Source of the DNA: Squalus acanthias
Taxonomy: Eukaryota
DNA: 64,000 bases
Reading direction: 5' to 3'
Assembly: GCA_030390025.1 (NCBI GenBank)
Contig: CM059432.1
Span: forward strand, 56,546,001-56,610,000
Under the pieces are notes generated by a model. The model was not told the DNA's origin and did not search any database. It worked only from the letters and a program-made list of their open reading frames with translations. Below, piece by piece: positions 1 to 13,150 of this stretch. The translations under genes were made by a program, and so were the position numbers. The number at the start of each line of letters is the position of its first letter. The stretch's first letter is position 1.

Positions 1-923
1 TCCTTCCTTGGGTAAGGAGACCAAAATTGTACACAGTACTCCAGGTGTGGTCTCACCAAGGCCCTATATAATTGGAGTAAGACTTCTTTACTCCTGTACT
101 CAAATCCTCTTGTAATGAAGGCCAGCATACCATTTGCCTTCCTAATGGCTTGCTGCACCTGCACATTCACTTTCAGTGACTCATGTACAGGGACACCCAG
201 GTCCCTTTGAGCATCTGAATTCCCCAATCTTTCACCATTTAGGAAATACTCAGCTTTTCTGTTTTTTCTACCAAAGTGGATAACTTCACATTTATCCACA
301 TTATATTCCATCTGCCATGTTCTCGCCCACTCACTGAGCCTGTCGAGATCCCCCTAAAGCCTCTTCACATCCTCTTCACAACTGACGCTGCCACCTAGCT
401 TTGTATCATCAGCAAATTTGGAAATGTTACATTTAGTCCCCTCATCCAAATCATTGATATAGATTGTGAATAGCTGGGGCCCAAGCACCGATCCTTGCGG
501 TATCCCACTAGTCACAGCCTGCCATCCTGAAAAAGACCCGTTTATCCCTACTCTTTGTTTTCTGTCTGTCAACTAATTCTCAATCCATGCTAGTATATTA
601 CCCCCAATTCCATGTGCCCTAATTTTGTTCACCAACCTCTTGTGTGGGACCTTATCGAAGGCCTTCTGAAAATCCAAATACACCACATCTACCGGTTCCC
701 CTTTGTCTACTGCACTAGTTACATCCTCAAAGAACTCCAATAGGTTTGTCAAATAGGATTTCCCTTTCATAAATCCATGTTGACTCTGCCCAATCTTACT
801 ATTAGTTTCTAAGTGCCCAGTTATTGCATCCTTTATAATAGATTCCAGCATTTTTCCAACTACTGATGTGAGGCTAACATGTCTGTAGTTCCCCGTTTTC
901 TCTCTCCCTCCTTTCTTAAATAG
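1..923 (-). mobile_element. CR1 LINE ORF2 (reverse transcriptase) fragment, 5'-truncated, runs off window start
   Basis: ORFs 573..953 and 354..572 encode NYRxVSLTS, QHGF, YLDFQKAFDKV, [10 protein letters not shown] and FADD; in-frame stops at 573 and 354. Confidence 0.95.
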
Positions 924-1049
924 TATCGCATCAACCATTTGGACAGGATCCACTGAAAAACCTACAGTCGTTTAATCACTCAAACAATCCATTGGGTTAA
1001 CTCTTGAATTAAAGAATTTGTAGTTATTTTTTAATAACGTGAAAATGGA

Positions 1050-1235
1050 AGAATCAGAAACTGTGGTGGAAACAGAATGCATAAAGCTTTGAAAAGGGAA
1101 GTGGATAAATATTTGAAAAAGGAACATGTTAAAGGGTATGTGGAACAAGCAGGGGAACAGGACTAAGTGGATAGCTTTCTCAAAAAGCCAACATGAGCTG
1201 ATTGGCTTTTTGTGTGCTGTAAAGATCTATGTCTA
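1050..1235 (+). mobile_element. Degraded CR1 3' end
   Basis: Resembles the FKREVDKYL...KGYGE...G segment and 3'UTR of other CR1 copies, e.g. 51057-51250 reverse complement. Confidence 0.55.
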
Positions 1236-1297
1236 TTAAAGATCTGTACAGAAATCAAATGTATTTACAAGGTGTCACTTGAAATACTTACTCCTAA

Positions 1298-2575
1298 ATC
1301 ATAGAAATTTAAGGCTCATAAGGAGGCCATTCAGTCCATCGTGTCTGTGCTGGCCGAAAAAGAGCTATCCAGCCTAATCCCACTTTCCAGCTCTTGGTCC
1401 GTAGCCTTGTAGGTTATGGTACTTCCAATATATATCCAAGTACTTTTTAAATACGATGAGGGTTTCTGCCTCTGCCGCCCTTTCAGGCAGAGAGTTCCAG
1501 ACCCCCACCACCCTCTTGGTGAAAAAAGTTCTCTTCAACTCCCCTCTAATCCTTCTACCAATTACTTTAAATCTAAGGGAACTAGGTCCTACCTATTCAC
1601 TCTATCTAGGCCCCTCATAATGTTGTACACCTCAATTAAGTCTCCCATCAGCCTCCTCTGCTCCTAAGAAAACACCCCCAGCCTATCCAATCTTTCCTCA
1701 TAGATAAAAATCTCCAGTCCTGGCAACATCCTTGTAAATCTCCTCTGTACCCTCTCAAGTGCAATCACATTTTCCTGTAATGTGGTGACCAGAACTGTAC
1801 GTAGTACTCTAGCTGTGGCCTAACTAGTGTTTTATACAGTTCAAGCATAACCTCCCTGCTCTTCTATTCTGTGCCTCGGCTAATAAGGCAAGTATCCCGT
1901 ATGCCTTCTTAACCACCTTATCTACCTGTCCTGCTACCTTCAGGGATCTGTGGACATGCACTCCAAGGTCCCTCTGTTCCTCTGCACTTCTCAGTGTCCT
2001 ACCATTTATTGTGTATTCCCTTGCCTTGTTAGACCTCCCCAAATGCATTACCTCGCACTTCTCCAGATTGAATTCCATTTGGCACTGTTCTGCCCACCTG
2101 ACCAGTCCATTGATATCTTCCTGCAGTCTGCAGCTTTCTTCTTCATTATCAACCACACGGCCAATTTTTGTATCATCTGCAAACTTCTTAATCATACTTC
2201 CTACATTGACGTCCAAATCATTGATATATACCACAAAATGCAAAGGACCCAGTACTGATCCCTGCGGAACTCCACAGCCTTCCAGCCACAAAAACACCCT
2301 TTGACCATTACCCTTTGTTTCCTGCCTCTGAGCCAATTTTGGATCCAACTTGCCACATTGCCTTGGATCCCATGGGGTTTTACTTTTCTGGCAAGTCTGC
2401 CATGTGGGACCTTGTCAAAGGCCTTGCTAAAAATCCATGTAGACTACATCAAACGTGCTACCCTTATCGACCCTCCTTGTTACCTCCTCAAAAAATTCAA
2501 TTAAGTTAGTCAGACACGAGCTTCCCTTAACAAATCCATGCTGACTGTCCTTGATTAATCTGTGCCTTTCTAAAT
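1298..2575 (-). mobile_element. CR1 LINE 3' half (RT plus 3'UTR), disrupted
   Basis: ORF 1824..2348 with [20 protein letters not shown]-like motifs; ttctatg tail at ~1298-1307 on the minus strand. Confidence 0.93.
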
Positions 2576-3148
2576 CTGTACTATAGAGCCAAGTTATCAG
2601 AGAATAATAATTAATGAAGTTAAATATTCTCGTGATATACTGCCAAATTCAACATAAATTTACTTGAAGAAAAATAAATCCATGAGGCCATTAAGGAAAC
2701 ATAGAAGGACTGCTGAGCATGTGCCAAGGAAAGCTGGAACTAAAACTCTGAATTTCAAAAGAAGTAACATTTTATGATTAGGTAGACTATTAATACAAAT
2801 TCCATCTCCTATAGATGGTTCAAAACAAAAAGGTTACTTTGTAAAAGTGTTATTAAAACTGACATTTGATAAAGTAGTAGTCCTAATAGAATCTACCATT
2901 ATGGAATTTTTTGGTAAAATGTGCAACAAACTCCCTTCAGCATCCTGTTATTAATAAATACTATTGATTGGTTTGAGAGATAGAAAACACGTGGGAGTCG
3001 GTACTGATTGTACACCTGTTGCAGCTTTTATTGGATTCCAATTCTATAAACTTTAGAATGCATATTGAGCAGAGAGAGTTTTTTTAGTTATCGTGGTTAG
3101 AGTTCTTTTTTAAAAAGCAAATGAGTTGCTTTTATTTTATGAATTTTT

Positions 3149-3270
3149 TGTGTGTGTGTGTGTATACAGAGAGACAGACATGAAGAGAAAGGGAGCGACA
3201 GACAGGGACAGACACAGAAAGGGAGAGGAAGAGATGGAGAAACAGAAGGAGGGGGAAAGTAGACAGAGAT
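3149..3270. repeat. (TG)n microsatellite followed by GA-rich low-complexity tract
   Basis: tgtgtgtgtgtgtgt followed by gagacagaca/gacagggaca-type repeats. Confidence 0.8.
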
Positions 3271-3317
3271 GCACTTCCAGAAACCAATTTCACACCACCA
3301 AAATTCTAAGTTACAAA

Positions 3318-3515
3318 CCAGTGCTGCCACATCTTAGGAGTCCCTGCCACCACAACCCAGTCCTGTGAAGCATAAAGCCCTTGCCCTCGCTCACTGCTAC
3401 CAAACCTCATTGCAGTGTTGACAATCTCCAGGACTCCCACCCCAGTGCTGCCAAATCCCCGGAACTTCCTCTGTCTCCCACTCTCCCTACCCAGTACTGC
3501 TAAATATCAGATATC
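3318..3515. repeat. Degenerate minisatellite, core CCAGTGCTGCCAAA
   Basis: About 6 imperfect copies at ~3318, 3356, 3391, 3412, 3441 and 3490. Confidence 0.5.
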
Positions 3516-4242
3516 TAACTCGAACTGCTATATCTTGCTCACCATCTAGCTGTACATTCTCAGCTTTAAAACTTGTAAAGGAAAAAAAAATTAAGTATAT
3601 AATGTAAATAAATATAATACAAATACTGTTTGTGTATCCCACTCATTTATGGTTTACACAGAATAATGGACAGTAATGAAATTATATGTAGTCTTGAACT
3701 CGATATTTTTCTGAGAGTGACCACTCTGTCAGCTGAAGGGAATTACCAGCTAAAGCGCCATTTCCTAGGATGCCATAGATTGAGCGTGTGCAATATGAAG
3801 AATTTCCCAAATGCATCAGCATGATTCTCATTGTACAACTTGAAATCTCTGTTTCCTCAAGCTGGAACAGGATTTTTGTTTTTCTAAACAATTTGAGAAC
3901 ATAACACAGAATGAATTTTAAAAGATTTTTTCATGTAATTGAAACTATTATCAAATCAAATTTCTACTTCAAAGAAAGCTTTAGTTCAGAAAGAGATAAA
4001 GGAAGTAACTTCTGCATCTGCATTTTGTTCTGTTAATAATGAAGATTCAAAACCAATGATTGCTTGTAGAAAAAATTTAATTATTTTTCTGTCTGCAATT
4101 GTGACAGTGCATTCTTCATCCTGTAACAAGATTTCTGAGTTTGTTTTTCCTAATGTGTTAATAGTGCTGTATAAATGCAAGTTATTGATTTTGAACTAAG
4201 ATGGAAGATGAAAACATTTAATATATTTGCACTATAAAATTA

Positions 4243-6580
4243 TTGATAAGCTGATCATCATGGGCGACTTTAATGCTCTTGTTGGAGCTGACTACCAGTT
4301 CTGGGAGTCATTGGTAGACATGGCTGGTTGGGGATTCTGGGACTAGGGGGCATAGTCTAAAAATTAGAGCCAGACCTTTACGGGGTTAAATTAGGAAACA
4401 CTTCTACTCACAAAGTAGGTGGTAGAAGTTTGGAACTCTCTTCTGCAAATGGCAATTGATGCTAGATCAATTAATTTTAAATCTGAGTTTGATAGCTTTT
4501 TGTTAACCAAAAGTATTAAGGGATATGGGCCGATGGCAGGTATATGGAGTTAGATCGCAGATCAGCCATGATCTCATTCAATGGCGGAACAGGCTCGAGG
4601 GACTGAATGGCCTACTCCTGTTCCTATGATCCTATGGAACTGTAATAGTAATGGAACACTGCTCCATAGGATGTATAGAGAAAATCATCTGACCATCACC
4701 GACACACTTAAGGCTTCCAAACAAATACAAAACTACATGGATACACACTGGTTCCAAAATAGGCACCTGATTGATTACATACTGGTCCACCAGAGGGATG
4801 TCAAAGATGGTAAAAGCACATGAGCCATGAGAGAAGCCAAGTGTGGGAAAACCCCTACTAGATTAAATGTCGCCAAACTTAAAGCAGCAGGAGTGGAAGA
4901 CCAACTCAGCACTGTCAACACAGCTTCTGGTAACATCAAAATGGACTTGAAAATTTTCAGGAATTCCTTATTACTCTGCAGCCATTAAGACCCAAGGGCC
5001 ATAATCCAGAAAACACCCGTTTGATGAGAATACCACTGATTTGCTCTGAGAAGCACACACTTTACCAAGCATGGTTGAAAGACTGTCATCAAAATCAAAG
5101 AATGCTGCATATAACAATAAGCATAGTGAGGTTCAAACAAAGCTGAGAGCTATGCAGGAAAAGTGGAGGAGTGACAAAGCTGAGGAAATCCAGATGTACA
5201 TCGAAAAGATTCTGTGAGGCGCTATGGCCATCTATGGTCCTCTGTCCAGAGGCACCACTCACCTAATGAATGTTGATTGCTCCACCTTACCCAGATCTTG
5301 GACAGATTAGTAACCATTTTAAGAATCTACTAAACAGGAAGTCCAGCATAGAAAATGAGGTCATAGTTCAACAACCTCAAAGTCCAATCATAGTGTCTCT
5401 TGCTGAAGATCCTTTATTGCCTGAGACCATTAAGGCTATATCAAGTCTTTCTCCAGTGGTAAGGCACCAGCTTGCTGAAATATATCAAGTTGGAGGACAT
5501 TAACTAGCTCAGTCTCTGACTGAGCTTTTCCAGCTGATGTGGCAAAAATAAATTATCTAGCAAGAGTATAGAGGTGTATCCATTATCTAATCGAACACAA
5601 GGGCAACAGATATGTGTGTGACAATCAGAAGAATTTCCTGACTTGTCATTGCAGGGAAAATCCTTGCTAGAATGATCCTAAATCGTTACATCAAGCATAT
5701 AACTCAGAAATTCTTGTCTGATAGTCAGTGTGTATTCAGAAAAGGCAGAGGTACTATTGATATGGTCTTTACTACCGGAGATGGTGAAGTTTCCAACCTC
5801 TTCCCTGTATCAAATGGAGTCAAACAGGGTTGTGTTCTAGCTCCAACCCTGCTTAGTCCCTTTTTTGCTTCTATGCTGACTTATGCCTTCAGGAACTTGC
5901 ATAATGGAGTGTATATTTGCTTCGGATCTCTGAAAAACTTCTTTGGGAGCTCCTGTTTACTGATGACTGTGCCCTTGTTGCCCACACAGCAGAGGACCTC
6001 CAAGTCATAATCGACTAATGGACCCCTGGAAAACCTTACCAATATTACCATTGAAGGGTAATCTAGCTGCCTGCAGTGGATAGGTTCACCTACCTCGGAA
6101 ACACCATGTCATGTGATGCACTCCGAGATGATGAAGTGAACCACAGATTGTTTAAAACAGTAGTGCTATTGGAAGGCTCTGTGAGGTTTGAGGACAAAAG
6201 GGGCATTAAACTGGCAATAAATCTTGAGATCTACAAGGTAGTAGTTATAACATCCTTACTGTATGTGTGCAATAGCTGGACCACGTACAGTCACTACATC
6301 AGAAAAATCAATCATTTCCACCTAGGTTGCCTCAAAAAATCATGAAAGTTAGTTGGTGGCTCACGATACTGGATACGGAGATCCTTAGAAGGACAAATAT
6401 GCCAGGCATAGAGGCAATGATAGTAAAGGCGCAGCTCAGGTGGGCTGGTCACTGAGTCCAAATGCCTGATACGAGGCTACCCCAAAAGGTATTCTGCAGT
6501 GAGCTGAAACTTTGTAAATGCTGTTGTGGTGGTCAGTTCGAAAGATATAAGGATTACCTAAAGACCAATTTAAAACTCAA
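4243..6580 (+). mobile_element. Decayed RTE-clade LINE (endonuclease plus RT), split by a CR1 tail
   Basis: DKLIIMGDFNA...HG / GNCNSNG / HLIDYILV (EN); SQCVFRKGRGTIDMVF, GVKQGCVLAPTL, FTYLG, YKVVVITSLLY, QLRWAGH (RT and C-terminus); many stops, frameshifts and deletions. Confidence 0.88.
4330..4636 (+). mobile_element. CR1 3' end nested in the RTE endonuclease region
   Basis: TRGHSLKIR...; 3'UTR ggctcgagggactgaatggcctactcctgttcctatg. Confidence 0.9.
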
Positions 6581-6714
6581 CTGGCTACTGTTTGTGCAAG
6601 ACTTGTTTGTTTATGGAACTTATATTTATTAAACTAGTCATGTCTTATTTACTGTTCCAGAAGTAGAGAGTATAAACACATTTATTTGTGGAGCTGCAGT
6701 GCATAAGGAAAATA

Positions 6715-7873
6715 GAACAGGGATTTCTTCCAGTATCAACACCACCAAAAACAGATTAATTGGTGAATTCATATAATTTACAGGACTATTAGTAGGACCG
6801 TCCTGTGTCCAATTTTGGATGCCGCTTTTACCCATGTACCAACAGTGCACTTTAAGAAGTAATTCATGGAATGTGATGCACTCTGAAATGTTTTGAGAGA
6901 TGCAATATATCCAAGTTTACTGACGATACAAAGCTAGGTGGGAAAGTAAGATGTGAGGATGCAAAAGGCTGCAAAGGGATATAGACAGGTTAAGTGAGTG
7001 GGCAATAAGGTGGCAGATGGAGTATAATGTGGGGAAATGTGAAAATGTCCACTTTGGTAGGAAGAATAGAAAAACAGAATATTTTATATAAGGAAAGAGA
7101 CTAGTATATATTGGTATTCAGAGATTATTTGGGTGTCCTTGTACACGAATCACAGAAAGTTAACATGCAGATACAGCAAGCAGTTAGGAAGGCAAATACT
7201 ATGTTAGCCTTTATTGCAAGGGGGTTGGAGTATAAGAGTAAGGAAGTCTTGTTGCAATTATATACGACTTTGGTGAGACCACACCTGGAGTACTGTTTAC
7301 AGTTTTGGTTTCCTTACCTAAGGAAGGATATACTTGCCTTGGAGGCGGTGCAACAAAGGTTCACTAGATTGATTCCTGAGGGGTGAGGGTTGTCGTATGA
7401 AGAGAGATTGAGTAGAATGGGCCTACATGCTCTAGAGTTTAGAAGAATGAGAGATGATCTCATTGAAACATATAAAATTCTTAGAGGGCTTGACAGGGTC
7501 GTTGCTGAGAGGCTGTTTCCCCTGGCTGGAGAGTCCAGAACTAGGAGTCACAGTCTCAGGGTAAGGGATCGGACATTTAGAACTGAGATGAGGAGAAATT
7601 TCTTCGCTCAGAAGGTTGTGAATCTTTGGAATTCTCTACCCCAGAGGGCTGTGGATGCTCAGTCGTTGAGTCTATCCAAGAATGAGATTGATAGATTTTT
7701 GGGCACTAAGGGAATCAAGGGATATGGGAATAGAGCAGGAAAGTGGAGTAGAGGTAGAAGATCAGCCATGATCTTGTTAAATGGCAGAGCAGGCTCAAGG
7801 GGCCGTATGGCCTACTACTTCTCCTATTTCTTATGTTCTCATGTTCTTGTGCGGCAAGGCACTATAAATGCAA
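6715..7873 (+). mobile_element. DeuSINE-like 3' fragment with L2-type tail, split by CR1 6908-7848
   Basis: caacaccaccaaaaacagatta matches 34612-34633; tail resumes as aaggcactataaatgcaa after the CR1. Confidence 0.55.
6908..7848 (+). mobile_element. CR1 3' portion (RT C-terminus plus 3'UTR)
   Basis: ORFs 7111..7386 and 7390..7890 (LVRPHLEYC, RTRSHSLR, NLWNSLP); ttcttatgttctcatg tail. Confidence 0.93.
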
Positions 7874-7879
7874 CAGCAA

Positions 7880-8850
7880 CAACTGCTTGAATTTATATAG
7901 CGCGTTTAACATAGAAGTCCTAAAGCGCTTCACGGAGGCGTAATCAAAAAATGGATGGCAAGCCAATGGAGGAGGTATTAGGAGTAACCAAAAGCTTCGT
8001 CCAAGAGGTGGGTTTTAAACGAGGAGAGAGAGATGGAGAGGCAGAGGGGTTTAGGGAGGGAGTTTGAGTGTGTGGCCTAGGTTGCTGAAGGCGCAGCTAC
8101 GAATGGTGGTGCGAAGGCGGATGTACAAGACACCAGAGTCAGAGGAATGAACATTTCTGGGCGTGTTCTACTGCTGGTGGAGGTTACAGTGATAGGGCGG
8201 GGTGGGTCCATGAATGGCATTTAAACCTGAAGATGTGAATTTCAAATTTGAGGTGTTGATGTGAGTACGTCGGTCAGCAAGGATGGGTGATGGGCGATCA
8301 GCACTTGGTGTGGAAAACGAATCTGGCAACAGAGTTTTGGATGAGCTGAAGTTTACGGAGGGTGGTGGATGGGAGTCCATCCAGGAGAACATTGGAATAG
8401 TCAAGTCTGGAGGTAACAATGGTATGGATGAGTGTTTCAGGAGCAGATGGGCTGAGGTAGTGGCGGAGGCAGGTGATTTTATGGAGGTGGAAATAGGAAA
8501 TCTTTGTTGAAGAGGTTATGTGGTCAGAAGCTTAGCTTGGAGTTTAATAGAGCGGCGAGGTTCAGCCTGAGACACTAGCCGGGGAGGAGAATGGAGTACA
8601 GGTTTGTGGTGGGGGTTGAAAACAATAGCTTTGGTCTTGATGTTTAAGTGGAGGAAATTGTGGTTCATCCAGGGATGGATGGCAGACAGATTGTCAGTGG
8701 AGGGATTGAGAAAGGTGGTGGAGAGGTAAAGCTGGGTGTGAATAGCATATATGTGGAAGCTGACTCTGTAATCTGTGAATGACGTCACCAAGGGGCAGCA
8801 TGTCGATGAGGAGGGGGCCATAGATGGATCCTTTGGGGATTCCTGAGGCG
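7880..8850 (-). mobile_element. L2-clade LINE 3' remnant
   Basis: FHIYAxxTQLYLS...WMNHNFLHLN (YADD region of L2 RT); L2-type tail gcgctatataaat. Confidence 0.8.
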
Positions 8851-8859
8851 GGATGAAGT

Positions 8860-11335
8860 CACAGAGTCATAACGGCACAGAAGGAGGCCATTTGGCCCAT
8901 CGAGTCTGTGTCAGCTCTCTGTAGAGCAATCCAGTCAGTCCCATTCCCTCGCTCTATCCCTGTAGCCCTGCAAGTTTATTTCCCTCCAGTGCCTATCCAG
9001 TCTCCCCTTGAAAACATTGAGTGTGTCTGCTTCCACCACTTATGAAGGCCAAGATCCCATATGCTTTGTTAACCACTCTCTCAATATGTCCTGCCACCTT
9101 CAGGGACCTATGCACATTAACTCCCAGGTCCCTCTGTCCCTGCACACTCTTTGAAACTGCACCATTAAGTGTATATTGCCTCTCCCTGTTCCTTCTGTCA
9201 AAATGCATCACCTCACACTTCTCTGTATTAAATTCCATCTACCACTTGTCTGCCCATTTTGCTAGCCTTTCTATGTCCTGTTGCAGTCGATTAGCATCAT
9301 CATCACTGTTTGCCACAACCCAAAATTTGGTGTCATTGGCAAATTTAGGAATTCTACTCTGTATTCCAATATCCAAGTCATAAGCAGTGGCCCCGGTACT
9401 GACCCTTGGGGAACACCACTGTCTACCATCCTCCAGTCTGAAAACCAGCCATTTGCCACAACTCGCTGTTTTCTGTCCTTAAGCCAATTCCTTATCCAAG
9501 CTGCCACTGACCCACCTATTCCATGAGCCTCAATTTTGTTAACCAGCCTTCTATGTGATACTTTGTCAAACGCCTTCTGAAAATCCATGTAGACAACATC
9601 CATTACATTCCCTTCATCAATCCTCTCTGTTACTTCATCAAAAAATTGAATTAGATTAGTCAAACGCGATCTGCCTTTTACAAATCCGTGTTGGCTCTCC
9701 TTAATTAGCTTAAACCTCTCCAAGTGCCCGTTAATTTTTTCCTTGATTATTGTTTCTAAAACTTTACCCACCACTGATGTTAAACTGACCGGCCTGTAGT
9801 TACTAGGATTGTCCTTGCACCCTTTCTTGAACAATGGTGTCATATTTGCCACTTTCCAATCCTCGGGCACCTCCCCAATATCGAGGGAAGACTGGAAAAT
9901 TATGGCAAGCCCTTCCACTATCTCCTCCCCCAATTCCCTTAGCAACCTGGGATGCAAGCCATCTGGACCAGGCGACTTGTCCACTCTAAGCATACCCAGC
10001 CTTTCTAGTACATCCTGTCTATCAATTTTCACCCCTTCAATTGCTTCTACCTTTTCCACTTCTACTGATATTTTGTCAGCATCCACCTCCTTAGTAAACA
10101 CCGATACAAAGTACTCATTAAGTATTCTAGCCTTGCCCTGCGCCTCTAAGCATATATGACCACCTTTGTCTCGAATAGTCCCCACCCCGCATCTTACTAC
10201 CCGCTTACTGTTTACATGCCGGTAGAAGATTTTTGGGTTCCCTTTTATGTTAACCGCCATTCTACTCTCATATTCTCTCTTTGCCAATCTTATTTTCATC
10301 TTCACATCCCCTCTCAACTTATTGTATTTGGTCTGGTTCTCCCTTGAAGAATTCACCTGACATGCATCATACACCCTCTTTTTGTTTCCTCATCTTCTCT
10401 ATCTCCCTCATCATCCAAGGAGCCCTTGCTTTGGTTCCCTTACCCTTCCCTCTTGTTGGAATGTACCTAGCCTGTACCTGGAAAATCTCCTCCTTAAAGA
10501 TCACCCATTGTTCCGTTACAGTTTTTCCTGTCAGCCTTTGGTTCCATTTTACCCTGGCTAGATCCTTTCGCATCCCATTGAAGTTAGCCCTATTCCAGTT
10601 TAGAAGTTCCACTCTAGATTGTTCCTTGCTCCTCTCCATTGCTAATCTAAATCTTATGATACGGTGATCACTCGTACCCAAGAGTTCTCCCACAGACACT
10701 TGGTCGACCTGGACCACCTCATTCCCCAGCCCCAGATTAAGCAATGCCTCCTTCCTAGTTGGGCCAAGAACACATTGGTCAAGAAAATTCTCCTGAACAC
10801 ATTTCAGAAATTCCTCCCCCTCCTTTCCCTTTACCCTAGCATTATCCCAATTGATATTTGGCTAATTAAAGTCCCCCAATATCAGCACTCTATAGGTCTT
10901 GCATATCTCTGCGATTTCCCTGCAGATTTGCTCCTCTACCTCCCTCCCTCTCACTATTTGGAGGCCTATAGAATATCCCCAATAGTGTGATCAAACCCTT
11001 TTTGCTCCTCAACTCTAACCAAATGTTTTCTGTCCTTGTCCCCTCAAGAACATCCTCCCTTTCCAACACTACAATGTCTTCCTTAATCAGCACTGCCACC
11101 CCACCTCCCTTTTTTCCTTCCCTATCTTTTCTGAACATCTTGTACCCTTGAATATTAAGTGCCTAGTCCTCACCGTTTTTAAGCCACGTTTCTGTTATTG
11201 CCACAACATCATATTGCCACATGGCTAATTGTGCTTGTAGCTCATCAGCCTTATTCACCACACTTTGTGCGTTTACGTACATGCATTCTAAACCCACTTT
11301 TGAATTTTTCGTTGTCTTTCTTAGTCTGCTCCTAT
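8860..11335 (-). mobile_element. CR1 ORF2 (EN plus RT) and 3'UTR with internal deletions
   Basis: ORFs 10890..11138, 10367..10744, 9271..10374 and 8993..9238; tail ttatgactct; same subfamily as 23790-33923. Confidence 0.95.
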
Positions 11336-11553
11336 CCATTGTTAAGGAAGTGGTATCAGGGCACTTAGAAAATCATAACATGATTAGGCAGAGTCAACAT
11401 GGTTTTATGAAAGGGAAATCGTGTTTGACAAATTTATCAGAGTTTTTTGAGGATGTAACTAGCAGGGTAGATAAAGGAGAACCAGTGGATGTAGTATATT
11501 TGGATTTCAAAAGGCATTCGATAAGGTGCCACATAAAAGGTTATTACAGAAGA
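11335..11553 (+). mobile_element. CR1 RT internal fragment
   Basis: [34 protein letters not shown]...YLDF. Confidence 0.9.
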
Positions 11554-11554
11554 T

Positions 11555-12074
11555 TTTCCTGCACTGCTTGTGGGCCAGGAGGAGCAGCAGTGCTTCCCCC
11601 GGGCCCCTCCAAACTTGTCTGCCGTGATCTGCTTCCCTCTTCGTAATCAACACTTTAGCCCCCCGCCCAACTGCGATCAGCACTTCAGTTCCCCCGCCAT
11701 CTACCCATCCCCGCCATCTATCCCTCGTGATCTACTTCCATCTCCCTTCCCCCACCCCACCCCGCCATCTCCCTTTCCGCATCCCCCTGCCATCTCCCTT
11801 TCCGCATCCCCCTGCCATCTCCCTTGCCCCGCCCCGCCATCTCCCTTTGCCCTGCCCCGCCCCGCCATCTTTCCCTCCCTCCTCTCCGGTCCCTGGCTGC
11901 AGCTTCAACCACAGGCCTTTTCACCCGACAGCTGGCGGGAAATGAAGAAAAAAATTCAAATGGATGCCTGCCGTTAAATTTGTTATGACCTCCGCGTTCC
12001 CTGTATTTATTGGTTTCCATGCTGCTAAAAGTCGTCCCCGTTCCCTCCCTACCTCCCCATAAATATAGGGGCCA
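11555..12074. mobile_element. Non-autonomous DNA-transposon (Harbinger-like) right-end remnant with C-rich minisatellite at 11690-11875
   Basis: Ends in aaatataggggcca, similar to the other MITE termini in the window; ~25-bp units gccatctccctttccgcatccccct. Confidence 0.5.
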
Positions 12075-12545
12075 GGGATTAGGAGCTGGAGAGAGGTGTC
12101 GTTTGGTGGGGAAGGCGAAGCAGCTGAACAGTTCGTCTCAGTCTCTATCTTGGTGACGAAGAATCCCTTGAGCTTCTTGCCCTCAGAGGTAAGGTTAGAG
12201 GGGCAGGAAAGAGGGGTTTAAGGAGATACTTGTTGGTGGTGAAAAGAAGCTTTGCATTCCAGGATAATCCAAGAATTTTGCTAGAGGAAAATGTGACATG
12301 GTAGAGCTGGCTGTGGTCCAGCCAGATGGTTAAACCAGGTGTGTGCCAGATATGGTGGTCAGCACCCCTTGGATTTGAGGGAGCGAAGATGGGGCCATAC
12401 CAGGGGGGTTGAGGGCATAAGTGGTGGAGGTAAGGAAGTGTTTAAGCAAATCAACAGCTGCAGAGGTAATGTGATGATAGAAGTGGCAAAGGCTAGAGAG
12501 TTGGGAGTTTGAAACTCAGTTGTAAATGATTCGGGGGAGAGTTTT
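12075..12545 (-). mobile_element. L2 ORF2 upstream remnant, probably the same element as 7880-8850
   Basis: PWY/LRSLKSKG-type linker region on the minus strand; same orientation and collinear with 7880-8850. Confidence 0.55.
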
Positions 12546-12721
12546 TTTCCATGGGGGTGATATAGAAGTGAAATTTTCATTACAAGTGTCTTCTTATTAC
12601 GACATTATTTTTCTCATCAGTTTAAAGTACATACACACCAGTTTAAGTTCATCAGGCCTGCCACATGTTTATATATTGATCCTCGGCTGACCTGGCTTTT
12701 AACCTCTGTATGAACTCAAAA

Positions 12722-13150
12722 CAAAGGAACAGGAGTAGGCCATTCAGCCCCATGAGTTTGTTCCGCCATTCAATGAGATCATGGCTGATCTGTATCTTAA
12801 CTCCTTCCACCCGCTTTGGGTCCATATCCCTTTACCCTAGGCTAGTAAAAATCTATTGATCTCCGATTTAAAATTATTAATTGAGTTAGCATCGACTGCT
12901 TTTTGTGTGAGCGAGTTCCACACTATCACCTTTTGTGTGAAGAAGTATTTCCTCACTTCTCTCCTGAACAGCCTGGCTCTGATTTTAAGGTTGTGACCCC
13001 TTGTCCTAGATTCCCCCACCAGCAGAAAAAGTTTCTCTCTCTATCCTATTAATTCCTCAAATCCTAAAAACCTCAATTAAATCAACCCTTAATTTTCTAT
13101 ATTCTAGGGAATACAAGCTTAGTTTATGTAATCTCTCCTTGTAATCTAAC
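12722..13150 (-). mobile_element. CR1 3' end
   Basis: ORF 12837..13019 GESRTRGHNLKIR...WNSL; 3'UTR gaatggcctactcctgttcc. Confidence 0.9.

Noticed and set aside
3630..4199. Overlapping short ORFs in unique AT-rich DNA
   Set aside because: No recognisable domain and no convincing paired splice sites.
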